Below are positions 26,096 to 37,520 of a stretch of DNA of 64,000 nt, piece by piece. The notes under the pieces were generated by a model that was given only the letters and a program-made list of their open reading frames with translations, did no database searches and was not told where the DNA came from. The position numbers and the translations under genes were made by a program. Source of the DNA: Antechinus flavipes (Eukaryota); the NCBI RefSeq assembly GCF_016432865.1, contig NC_067398.1, positions 266,662,001 to 266,726,000 on the forward strand, written 5' to 3'. The number at the start of each line of letters is the position of its first letter. The first letter of the stretch is position 1.

Positions 26096-27092
26096 AAAAT
26101 CAAAATAATTATAATTACTTAAATGTATAGTGCTTGATAGCTTAGAAAGTACAATCCTCACCATAATCCTTTGATGTGTTAGCCTCCTTCTCAGCTATGG
26201 TTTTACAAAGGAGGAAACTAATAGATGATAGTTGATGTACTCAAATGTCACATAGCAAGCAAATGAAGGAGCCAAGATTTGAAAATCAAGTATCTTGACC
26301 TCAACTGGAGGATCTTTCCATTACACCATGATCCTAGGAATAAATTAATTGATTCTGACACATAACAGGTCACTGAATTCATTGACTTTTAACAGTTTCA
26401 TATAGTGTATGCAAAAGTCCTCAGGCTTCAGTGATTTGCTTGCTCTCTAGACTTGAAACACCTTCATCAAATACAATTTAAATAGACTTATGAGTTCATA
26501 GTTCATTTATTTATTTATTTTGTTAAACTCTTCACTGTATTGTTATCTTTGCTAGTTATATTAATAGGGACAAAGTGAAACTTGGGATTTCATTGACATA
26601 GGGAGCAACAGAATGAAGAAATTCATCTTCTTCTTGCAAAAGGGCACCTTCTTTGCAATTCAGAATCTCCAAGAGTTCCGGGGGGAACTAAGAGTTTAGG
26701 TGACTTGCCCAGAGGTAGTATAAGTCAAAAGTAGAACTTGAACACAGTCTTCCTGGCAAGAGGGCCATACTCTAGGTGTTTCTTGTTTATGTTACTACAA
26801 AAGGATAATTAAGTTACCTCAAAAGATAACATACTATATTGCCTAGAGTTATCCTTGAAGTTGGGAAGATCTTGCCAAGTAAAGGAAGAATAAGAGATGA
26901 GGGAGAGGAAAGTTGGGGAAGATGTGAACTAAAGTATTCTCTTTTCCTCACATCTCTGGCTCCCTCCTACCTTGTGATTCCTTCTTATTTCTTATTTCTA
27001 TCACCATACCTTCACTCTGCTCATCCAGTACACTCAACCTTTCTTCTACCATAAGCTTGAAAAACTTAGAATTTGAACTGAATCCTATAGAT

Positions 27093-27267
27093 CAGTAGTG
27101 GTAAACAAACAGAAATGGGCACTAAAATGTTAGTAAAGCACCATTATCTATGTTCTATCATATTTTTATTTATTTTCTTAAATATTTTCCAATTACCTTT
27201 AAAAATAGTTCAGGCACACTCAAGACTGTTGATTCCACGTGGCCAAGATGCAAATTTGATACTTCTG
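27093..27267. mobile_element. hAT MITE (175 bp) with a 7/8 TSD
   Basis: Ends cagtagtggtaaac ... tttgatacttctg, flanked by ctatagat (27085-27092) and ctatagaa (27268-27275). Inverted relative to the copy at 38733. Confidence 0.75.
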
Positions 27268-28299
27268 CTATAGAAGAGCCATGGGATATGACCAATTTTC
27301 CCAAGTAATCCAAATGCCTTTCAGGTTAACATTTTTCCAATTAATTCAAGGACACTTTTTGTACTTGCTTTTTGATAGATTGATTGAGATTTGTTCTTAC
27401 CTCATTAAGGCAGTGAAGTGTGCCATTTTTGTTAGTGAGACAGGATGATTTGTTGATTCACTCAATCCCATCCCATCTATAATACTTCCCTATTATTGGT
27501 TATCATCAGTGGGACTGGAACCCCTCAGGCAAACTACTAGTGAGCTTATTAACAAAAGCTACAAGAGAAAGTAATCCATGGTATATTGGAGGGAATGGGG
27601 CTACATTTCAGGAAGAAGTGGGCACATTCTCAGCACAGATCATCATGAAGTTTAGAAAGTCCTAATTTACAGATAGCACCTGCCAATATGCTAGGATAAA
27701 CAATCAGAAAAAAGTGACTTTTTAATGACTAATTTATTATAGTTTTATAATGGGTTTCCAGAGACAATTAAAACAAAACAGATGGATTATAATGATAGTA
27801 TAGGAGGTTGATGCAATAGAGTAGTTCTAGTGGGTCTGCCAGATAAACTTCCTTGACAAGAATAGGGAAGAGATCTTAGGAAAGTGGTAACATGAACTTT
27901 GCACTTAGGAAGAAGATGGGAGCAAATTAGAAGGAGGAAAAACTCCAAGATTACCATAGCTAGTATAAAATACCTTAGAGATAACTGGTATGGTAGAAAC
28001 AAAACAGAACAAACAGTCAAAAAAGATCAAACCTGAAGTGGGATATATTTGATTCAAATCTTCTTCTGTGTCTATGTGATCTTGACGTATCTGAGCCCCA
28101 TTCCTCATCTATAAAATGGGGGGAATGCAATAGATCCCTTCCACCTCTAAATCTATGACTTGATGATTTGAATTTGTATCTTACATCTGCAATAATATCA
28201 ACTCGGTCAAGCCCTATGGGCTTTAGTTTTCTTTATTTAGAAAATGAAAGGTAGGATCAAGTAACCTCTAAGACAAGAAACTTAACCTGGAACTATTTT

Positions 28300-28357
28300 G
28301 TTGTCATTCATTTTTCAGTCATGTGTGACTCTTTGTGATCCCATTTTGGATTTTCTT
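28300..28357 (-). mobile_element. MAR1-type SINE, 3' part (split by L1)
   Basis: ttcagtcatgtgtgactctttgtgatcccattttggattttc is the Bov-B-like MAR1 tail in antisense. Confidence 0.75.
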
Positions 28358-30290
28358 TTTTTTTTTTTAAATAACTTTTTATTGATAGAACCCATGCCAG
28401 GGTAATTTTTTACAGCATTATCCCTTGCATTTACTTCTGTTCCGATTTTTCCCCTCCCTCCCTCCATCCCTTCCTCCAGATGGCAAGCAGTCCTTTACAT
28501 GTTGAATAGGTTACAGTATATCCTAGATAGAATATATGTGTGCAGAACCGAACAGTTTTCTTGTTGCACAGGGAGAATTGAATTCAGAAGGTATAAATAA
28601 CCAGGGAAGAAAAACAAAAATGCAAGCAGTTTATATTCATTTCCCAGTGTCCTTTCTTTAGGTATAGCTGCTTCTGTCCATCCTTGATCAACTGAAACTG
28701 AATTAGCTCTCTTTATCTAAGAGATCCACTTCCATCAGAATACATCCTCAAACAGTATCATTGTTGAGGTATATAATGATCTCCTGGTTCTGCTCATTTC
28801 ACTTAGCGTCAGTTCATGTAAGTCTTGCCAGTCCTCTCTGTATTCATCCTGCTGGTCATTTCTTACAGAACAATAATATTCCATAACGTTCATATACCAC
28901 AATTTACTCAACCATTCTCCAATTGATGGGCATCCGTTCATTTTCCAGCTTCTAGCCACTATAAACAGGGCTGCCACAAACATTTTGGCACATACAGGTC
29001 CCTTTCCCTTCTTTAGTATCTCTTTGGGGTATAAGCCCAGTAGAAACACTGCTGGATCAAAGGGTATGCACAGTGTGATAACTTTTTGAGCATAATTCCA
29101 AATCGCTCTCCAGAATGGCTGGATGTGTTCACAATTCCACCAACAATGTATCAGTGTCCCTGTTTTCCCACATCCTCTCCAACATTCCCCATTATCTTTC
29201 CCTGTCATTCTAGCCAATCTGACAGGTGTGTAGTAGTATCTCAGAGTTGTCTTAATTTCATTTCTCTGATTAATAATGATTTGGAGCATATTTTCATATG
29301 TCTATAAATAGTTTCTATTTCTTCATCTGAGAATTTTCTGTTCATATCCTTTGATCATTTATCAATTGGAGAATGGTTTGATTTCTTATAAATTAGAGTC
29401 AATTCTCTATATATTTTGGAAATGAGGCCTTTATCAGAACCTTTGATTGTAAAAATGTTTTCCCAGTTTATTGTTTCCCTTCTAATCTTGTCTGCATTTG
29501 TTTTGTTTGTACAAAAACTTTTCAATTTGATATAATCAAAATTTTCTATTTTGTGGTCAATAGTGATGTCTAGTTCTTCTTTGGTCATAAATTCCTCCCT
29601 CTTCCACAGGTCTGAGAGGTAAACTATCCTATGCTCTTCCAATTTATTTATAATCTCATTCTTTATGCCTAGGTCATGAACCCATTTTGACTTTATCTTG
29701 GTGTACGGTGTTAAGTGTGGGTCAATGCCTAGTTTCTGCCATACTAATTTCCAATTTTCCCAGCAATTTTTGTCAAATAATGCATTCTTATCTCAGAAAC
29801 TGGGGTCTTTGGGTTTGTCAAACCCTATATTATTAAAGTTATTGGCTGTTCTGTCTTTTGAACCTAACCTATTCCATTGATCAACTAGTCTATTTCTTAG
29901 CCAATACCAGATGGTTTTAGTAACTGCTGCTTTATAGTATAATTTTAAATCTGGTACAGCTAGGCCACCTTCATTTGATCTTTTTTTCATTAATTCCCTT
30001 GAAATTCTTGACCTTTTGTTTTTCCATATGAACTTTGTTGTTATTTTTTCTAGTTCATCAAAGTAGTTTTTTGGGAGTCTAATTGGTATAGTGCTAAATA
30101 AATAGATTAATTTAGGTAGTATTGTCATCTTTATTATATTTGCTCGCCCAATCCAAGAGCATTTAATATTTTTCCGGTTGGTTAGATCAGACTTAATTTG
30201 TGTGGAAAGTATTTTGTAGTTTTGCTCATAAAGTTTCTGATTTTCCCTTGGCAGATAGATTCCTAAATATTTTATACAATAAGTAGTTAC
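28358..30290 (-). mobile_element. 5'-truncated L1 (1.93 kb) with poly(A) and a 12-bp TSD; ORF2 C-terminal remnant
   Basis: ORFs 29793-30128, 29355-29642 and 28735-29289 translate to L1 ORF2 (LKLYYKA, WYWLRNR, and the CWRGCGKTGTLIHCWWNC cysteine motif). They are broken by two TGG>TGA stops and one 1-bp deletion. TSD ttggattttctt is at 28346-28357 and 30291-30302. Confidence 0.97.
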
Positions 30291-30495
30291 TTGGATTTTC
30301 TTAATAAAGATACTGGAGTGTTTGCCATTTTCTTCTCCAACTCATTTTACAGATGAGGAAATTGGGGCAAGCAGGATTAAGTGACTTGCCCAAAGTCACA
30401 TAGCTAGTAAATGTCTGAGGCTGGATTTGAACTCGGGAAGATGAGTCTTTAACTTTAGACCTGGCACTCTGTTCATTATGGCACCACGTGGCTCC
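30291..30495 (-). mobile_element. MAR1-type SINE, 5' part (split by L1)
   Basis: gatactggagtgtttgccattttcttctcca...cagatgaggaaattgggg...gtgacttgcccaaagtcacatagctagt...ggatttgaactc. Confidence 0.8.
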
Positions 30496-31149
30496 TATAT
30501 TTTAATATAATTTCTTTTGTGATTTTATATATTTTATTTTGTGTACCTGAAAACTTTATTCTGAGAAAGAGTGCAAAGAATTCAATCAAATTGTCAACAA
30601 AAAGCTATATTCCTTGCCTTCAGTTCTCTTCCAGCTCTAAGCTCCTATTCTTATCATACAACCTGAAATCTTTTTTGCAGGTTGTAGGACATTAGGATTC
30701 ATCAAACCCCATTATTGCCTCAATAGGAGCCCTGCTTTCTGTTAAGAACAATATATCCCCAGAGATTGTCTCTGTTATGCTACTGCTAGGAGATAGGCTT
30801 GAAACACAGAATAGAAACTACTCCTTTTTAATTGCTCTAACCAAACCAATCTGGGGCCAGATCATGTTTAAATAAGGTTGTAGTCTTCACAGATTTGGTG
30901 GTTTCATGGGGTTTTAATATTGTTTCATTTCCCCTTAGTGCCCCAATAAAGCAAATGTATTAAAAAAAAATCCTCAATCTTGTTTCAGTAGAACTAAAAG
31001 TCAGTCAAGTTTCAATCTAAACCAAAAAAAACCCTAAAATCTTCCTAGAGGGTAAGTGATGTAGGCTGGTTAGAACAGCTTCTTTACCCAGAGGAGCATG
31101 GAAACATACTGGGAGATTCAGCTGAAATGACTGATGAACATCCATGTGT

Positions 31150-31318
31150 GCTGGCTCTGATTCCAAAGGAATTGGACAACTGTTTCCAAGCACTGGAAGA
31201 CTTGTCATGTGGAGGAAGGATTGGACTTAGTCTGGAAGCTCCAGAAGGGTTGAACCATGACTAATGAGTACACATTTCAGAGAGGTAAATTATTCTCAAA
31301 TTTAGGAAAACTCATTCT
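31150..31318 (+). mobile_element. L3/CR1 3' region, left part (split by L1)
   Basis: ctccagaagggttgaacca...cagagaggtaaatt..ctcaaatttaggaaaac; it resumes at 31887. Confidence 0.65.
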
Positions 31319-31886
31319 TTTAAAAAATATTTATTTTTGATACACATTACTTTATGAATCATGCTGGAAGAGAAAAATCAGAGAAAAGGGAAAAATATGG
31401 GAGAAGAAAAAAATAGACAGAAAAAAGAAATGAACATAGCATGTATTGATTTATGTTCAATCTCCATAGTTCTTTTTCTGGATGCAAATGACATTTTCTG
31501 TCCAAAGTTTATTGGATCACTGAACTATTGAGAAGAATCAAGTCTTTCATAGTTGATCATTGTACATTCTTGCTGTTATTGTGTACAATGTATTCCCAGT
31601 TCTGCTTGTTTTGCTCAGCATCAGTTTGTAATATTCCCAAGCCTTTCTAAAATCAACTTGTTCATCATTTTTATAGAACAATAATATTTCATTATCTTCA
31701 TATACCACAACATATTCAGTCATTTCCCAATTGATGGGCATCTAATCATTTTCCAATTCTTACCACAAAAAAGCCACTACAAACATTTTTGCATATGTGG
31801 ATCCTTTTCCCTCCTTTATGATATCCTTAGGATACAGTTCAAGTAGGGTCAAAGGGTGTGCACAGTTTTATAGCTTTTGGGCATAC
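31319..31886 (-). mobile_element. 5'-truncated L1 3' end with a degenerate 15-16-bp TSD
   Basis: Antisense L1 text (gatcattgtacattcttgctgttattgtgtacaatg; cccaattgatgggcatc). Flanks are aggaaaactcattct (31304-31318) and aggaaaaacacattct (31887-31902). Confidence 0.85.
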
Positions 31887-32010
31887 AGGAAAAACACATT
31901 CTAACAATTGGAACTGTTTAGAAAGAGAATGGATTACTTTGAGAGGTAGTAGATATTCCCTCCTTACAGATCTTCGGGCTGAAGCTTGTTGACACATATT
32001 AAGTGGTCAA
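31887..32010 (+). mobile_element. L3/CR1 3' region, right part
   Basis: ttctaacaattggaactgt...aatggatt...gaggtagt...; continues the 31150-31318 segment. Confidence 0.65.
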
Positions 32011-32449
32011 CCATCAAATTTTGTGAATCTGTGAATTCTGATCAATCTCTAACTTTAGGTTTAATTGATCTACTTATGATCGGTGAGTTGTTTACTTTAA
32101 AATGAAACATCTTGCACTCTTTTTACCAACTTCATGTAAAACCCACTGCCCTTTAATTTCTCATATACAGAAAGAATCAGTTAAGGTTCCTAGATTGCAT
32201 TGGTTGTCTAGGATTTACTAGAATTTACCTATATATGCATATGAGATCACATACTCAAGCTAGGCAATAACCAGGGACTCAAGATGACAAGAGTGCAAAG
32301 AGAAAATAACTCATTTTGTGTGTGTGTGTATACATGTTCTATTCATGACTAGCATACTACTAATAGGGCTGTAGCTAGGTTAATTCAGTGTGAGTCCTTG
32401 TCTATATTCCTTGAAATTTCCAAACATGACTAAAACAGGGAAGATTGGG

Positions 32450-32581
32450 AAGGAAGAGAAAAAAAACATTTATTCACTGAAGTTTAAGAAATACCCAAAT
32501 TAAATATGAAATACATATTAAAAACTATGTTATTTGCATCCAAATAAAGAACATATGCATAGAATGATTTTTCATACAGAC

Positions 32582-32627
<46 letters not shown>

Positions 32628-32815
32628 TTTGTGTTTAATGGTAACCATCTCTAGGGTGAGGGGAAAGGGAAGGGAAAAAAAGAAGAAAAAAAGAAATTTA
32701 CATAACTTTACTATATATCTAAAAGCAAGTTTGCAGTTTCATGTGAAATCTTTTTTGTAATTATGGAAACTCTAGTGCTATTCCATAAATTAGAAATAAT
32801 AAAAATAAGAAATAG
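32450..32815 (+). mobile_element. L1-type 3' end containing (CA)19 at 32586-32623
   Basis: gtgtttaatggtaaccatctctagggtgagggg...ccataaattagaaataataaaaataa. Confidence 0.55.
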
Positions 32816-32991
32816 ATTGTGTAAGTACAGAATTGAGGAGATCTGGATTGATTATAGGTAGTTTTTGCTTTATGTTAAATCTAATTAATATGACTACAAT
32901 ACAGATGTAAATTAATAAAAGTATACATGAGCAAATGAAGGGGAGGAAGAATATCTATAGTTTGAGGTAATATGAAATAGTATTAGTCTTA

Positions 32992-33620
32992 ACTTTATAT
33001 TTTTATTTTCCCAGTTACATGAAAAACATTTTTTAATATTTCTTTTTAAAACCTGAACTCCAGATTCATCTTCTTGGCAAGGCAATTGGGGTTAACTGAC
33101 TTGCTTAGGGTCCCACAGGTAGTAAGTATTAAATGTCTGAGGTTAGATTTGAATTCAGGTCCTCCCGACTTCCGGGCATGTACTCTATGCACTGTACTAT
33201 CTAGCTGCCCCTGAGTTCCAGATTCTCCCCCTTTCTCCTTTCTTCCACCTCCATTGAGAAGGCACATGTGAAGTAAGGCAAAACATTTCCACAAAAATCA
33301 TGTTGTGAAAGAAAATATAGATCTTCACCCAAAAAAGTAACCCTTAAGAAAAATACAGTTAAAAAAAAAGAATGCTTCAATCTGTATTCAGACACAATCA
33401 ATTCTTTTTCTGGGGATGGATAGCATTTCTTTTCATCATAAGTCCTCAAAGTAATCTTGGATCATTGTATTGCTGAGAATATAAAGTTATTCTCAGATGA
33501 TTATCCTATAACATTGCTATTAATTTGTACACTGTACATTTCACTTTGTTTGAATTTATGGAGGACTTTTCAGGTTTGTCCGAGAGCATCCTACTCATTA
33601 TTTCTTATAGAACAATAATT
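32992..33620 (-). mobile_element. L1 3' end (older subfamily), interrupted by a SINE
   Basis: T-rich tail plus cccagttacatgaaaaacattttt, gatcattgtattgctgagaa and ttcttatagaacaataat. Confidence 0.8.
33068..33210 (-). mobile_element. WSINE1-like SINE inserted in the L1 3' UTR, with a 13/15 TSD
   Basis: ggcaaggcaattggggttaa.tgacttgc...tttgaattcaggtcctcc...ctatctagctgccc, flanked by ctgaactccagattc (33053-33067) and ctgagttccagattc (33211-33225). Confidence 0.85.
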
Positions 33621-33629
33621 TGGAACTGC

Positions 33630-34197
33630 TAAAGGTTCTCATAAAGGTCTCATTTCCAAAATATATAGAGAATTGATTCAAATTTATAAGAAATCAAGCC
33701 ATTCTCCATTTGATAAATGGTCAAATGATATGAACAGACAATTTTCAAATGATGAAATTGAAACTATTTCCACCCATATGAAAAGGTGTTCCAAATCATT
33801 ATCGATCACAAAAAATGCAAATTAAGACAACTCTGAGTTACCATTATACACCTCTCAGATTGGCTAAAATGACAGGAAAAGATAGTGACAAATGTTGGAG
33901 GGATGTGGAGAAACTGGGACACTGATGCATTGTTGGTGGAGTTGTAAACGGATCCAACTATTCTGGAGAACAATTTGGAACTATGTTCAAAAAGTTGTCA
34001 AACTGTGCATACTCTTTGATCCAGCAGTATTACTACTGGGCTTATATCTCAAACAGATATTAAAGAAGGGAAAGGGAAGGAGGGGAAAAGTTGGAACAAA
34101 AATTTTGCAAGGGTCAGTGTTGAAAAATTACCCATGCATATGTTTTGTCAATAAAAAGGTATAATAAAAAAATAAAAATCTGGATAAAGACAAAAAA
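33630..34197 (+). mobile_element. 5'-truncated, internally deleted L1 with a 13-bp TSD
   Basis: ORF2 text (KGLISKIYREL..., EGCGETGTLMHCWW) jumps at about 34078 directly to the extreme 3' end. TSD aatttggaactgc (33617-33629) / aatatggaactgc (34198-34210). Confidence 0.88.
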
Positions 34198-34589
34198 AAT
34201 ATGGAACTGCATTTGGCAGTTGGTATTATTCTCTTCTAGATAGTCTTTTATAAACTTTTTCAAATACCTGAAAATGGTACCTACTATGTGCCAGGCAATG
34301 TGTTTTACAACTATCTTAACTAATCATCACAACACCCCTGGGAAGAAGGTGCTCGTATTATCCCCATTTCAGAGTTGAGGAAATTGAAACAGATAGAAAT
34401 TAAGTGACTCAACTAGTAAGTATCCAAAGCTATATTTGAACTTATCAAATCGCTTAGTTACCTTTAGGTAGAATAACAGCTGCTACTCTCTCCCTAAACA
34501 AGATATGTAATTGTAGATCTATTAGAAAGAAAGAAGAACTCAGGAGAAGAGAACCTGAGTTTTGGGCAATTATTTTTATTATATTTCTG

Positions 34590-35030
34590 TTTGAAACAGC
34601 CTCTTACAAAGCCCTTCAAATATCTGAAAACAGCTACCATCTCCTTATCCCTTTTGAGGGTAAATGTCCTCAAGACACCTCAACTATTCCTTATTCTGAC
34701 ATACTTTTCTTCTTTCTTACCATCTCATTGCCCTTCTCTAGTTTCTCAATTACCCTCAAAGTCTGACAATCAGAAATGAAGACACTATTCCATATTACTT
34801 CAGAGTACAATGAAGTTCTTCCCTCCCTACATCTAATCATTACACTTCTATTAATTTACATTTAGATTATATTCAGTTCAATTAAGAATTTGCAATAAAC
34901 CAAAAACTCTTAATATGTTGAGCTTGCTGTCAGTTCAGGTCTCCTTAACTCTGCACTTATACAATTGCTTTCTTGAATCAAAGTGCAGTATATATCTTTG
35001 TTTCATTTTCAGTGTTGATTCATCATTCCA
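34590..35030 (-). mobile_element. L3/CR1 fragment
   Basis: agcccttcaaatatctgaaaacagctaccat...; antisense CR1-like and degenerate. Confidence 0.5.
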
Positions 35031-35079
35031 GCCTATTCAGAGTCCACTCATGAATGAAGCATGAGGCAGCTTTTGATAG

Positions 35080-35300
35080 TAAATACAACATGAGACTCAG
35101 AATCAGGACACCAGATTTTGAATTTCCTTATTATATGTATGATCAGGGCTGATCACTTAACCTTTGTCAGCTTTAGTTTCCTCATTTATAAAATGGGGGT
35201 GATAATAGCACCAGTCTCACAGGGTTATTGTATGTAAGATAAAGTGTAAAGCACTTTGCAAACCTTAAAGTGCTACACACATGTTAACTATAAAACTGCT
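35080..35300 (+). mobile_element. MIR
   Basis: gatcacttaacctttgtcagctttagtttcctcatttataaaatggggg...tctcacagggttattgt...gtaaagcactttgcaaac. Confidence 0.75.
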
Positions 35301-36474
35301 AATTATTATTTAGTCAACACCATCTGAGTCTATGAAAGACTATACATAGAAATGAGATAGTGACCCATCATTAAGAAGCTTATACGCTAATAAAGGAAAA
35401 CTGTTATTCAATGTATCAACTTTTGCAGTAAGCTTAAGGTTTTCTTTGTTGCTATTGACAAAATGATGAGTTGGACAACAGACATTTGATCAGATATATT
35501 AGCCGAGTTTTTCAATTATGAAATAACATCCTTACAAACATTACAAGAGCAGCCAGGTAGTAAAAAGAAGTTTTTGATATAGTGAGACAAAGGTATGAGG
35601 CACTAATACTGCCCCCAGCTGTATTAATACTGAGAACTCTCCTTCTCTTTTACACAGAAAGGACTTAATAAAAGCTTGTTGAACTGAATGGTAGTTTTAC
35701 TTTTTGCCAGCATCACTTAATAAGGCACTTAGCTAACAATGCAAGGTCATTGCATAGACCATCTTTGTGTGAGCACATCCTATTTCTTAACCAGAGCTCC
35801 ATGGTACCATACCTCTTTGTACACAGGACTGGCGTAAAGTTAATTCTTAATATTGTTGGTGATTATAATGATTTGTGAACAAGGACAGAGAATGAGGAAT
35901 AGAAATGTGGAAAGATATAAAACCATAAGTTCATGTAAAGAAGAAAGGACAGACAAGATATAAGGGAAGTTAAGTGGTACAATGGACAGCGCTTATAAGG
36001 AAGATCTTAGTTGATTTCTGGCCTCAACTACCTATTTATTTTGTTGTCAACAGATAACTGAATAAATCACTATATCTCTATCTGCCTCAACTCTTTAGAC
36101 TATAAAATAGAGATGATAATAGCATCTTTTCCCAGGGTTGTTCTGAGGATGAAAAAAGATAATATTTTTAGAGAGGTTAATATAGTTCCTGGCACACAGT
36201 AGCTTCCTCCTAACTCCTTCCTATAGAAAGAATTTCAAAGGATCAAAATTAGTACAAGAAGAAACTAAGAAAATATGTCATTGATAGAAAAAGAAGGAGA
36301 GTAGTAATCTCGTTTGGTTATAAATGAGGATAAGGAGTCACTTAAGACTAAGGTTCCTTCTTAATTAGATATTTGATATGTAATTAGCTTAGAGAATAAT
36401 ATTCTCAATATTTGTCTCTAGATTAAAACATCTGTAAATGAACTAAAAACAAATATTTTCAGTAGAGGTTGGAA

Positions 36475-36657
36475 AAAGAGTTCTTAATCTTTTTTTTCTG
36501 CATGTGTCATGGATCCCTTTGGTAGCTTTATGAAACTTTGCACAAAAATATTTTTAAATGCATAAAATATGATATATAGGATTATAAAGGAAACTAATTA
36601 TGTTGAAATATAGTTATAATTTTTTCAATTTCACCAATTACAGGTTAAGAACCCTTG
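36475..36657. mobile_element. hAT-Charlie MITE (183 bp) with a 7/8 TSD
   Basis: Ends aaagagttcttaatct ... aggttaagaacccttg, flanked by ggttggaa (36467-36474) and ggttagaa (36658-36665). Confidence 0.8.
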
Positions 36658-37299
36658 GGTTAGAAATTTGAAAAGAAAATTTACAAGAAAAATATAAATT
36701 TGGTTTTCCCCAGCAAAATGAGGTTAAAATAAGCCTTCAAGAAGACAGGTCCCACATCACTACCGCTACATAGGTCCACTGAAGGCAAGAACAATTTAAA
36801 TGAAATTAAATTTAGTCAGCTCCAAAAAAGAGACACATGTAATATTAATTTCATGGGTGTACAGATGTATAAACCTAACAGATGATACGTAAATGAGAAA
36901 GACAGAGAAATGACATTTGGTTTAATGCTGCATGAGTGGGTTGAATTTATCGGAATTGTGATTTTATATTAGTACAACTCCAATTCCAACAAGTAGATTC
37001 ACTACAGGGTCACACAAAGCTTCCGTATTACAATTTACCTTTCCTAGTTTTGTGATTTAGTCTATTGACAACATAGGAGAGGTCCATATGCACGGGAAGC
37101 CACTCGCACAAAGAACACTCAATCAGCAACTAGACAACCACTTTAGGCTGAGTTGTGACTTTCAAAAGAAGCCTATGGTACCAGATATATACTCTCACTC
37201 AGGAGTTGCTGTCTTTGGGGATAAGGCCAATAATGCTTCAGAAAAAGATTAGAGGGAGCCAATGTTTCCTGTAATAGAAATATGGCAATCATTTTCTTA

Positions 37300-37520
37300 G
37301 AGGCTGCTAGATGGTGCAATAAAGGCCCTAAAGTTAGCAAGATCTGAATTCAAATGTAACCTCAGACATTAGCTGTGTGAACCTGGGCAAGTTAGGCCTT
37401 ATTTGACTCAATTTTCTCATTTGTAAAATGAAGAGAAGGAAATGGCAAACTGCTGCTATATCTTTTCCAAGAAAAATCCCAAAGGGATCTTGAAGAGTCA
37501 GATAACTCAACAATTACAAA
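37300..37520 (+). mobile_element. MAR1-type SINE
   Basis: ggctgctagatggtgca head, CORE, and aaatggcaaac...ccaagaaaaatcccaaaggg...gaagagtcaga tail. Confidence 0.75.

Noticed and set aside
29340-29800. Two TGG>TGA stops in the L1 as a possible APOBEC editing signature
   Set aside because: Only two events in different contexts, which ordinary transitions explain.
32992-34197. Head-to-head L1 pieces as a twin-priming 5' inversion
   Set aside because: The plus-strand piece has its own TSD, each piece has its own 3' end, and the minus piece derives from downstream rather than upstream L1 sequence. They are two separate insertions.
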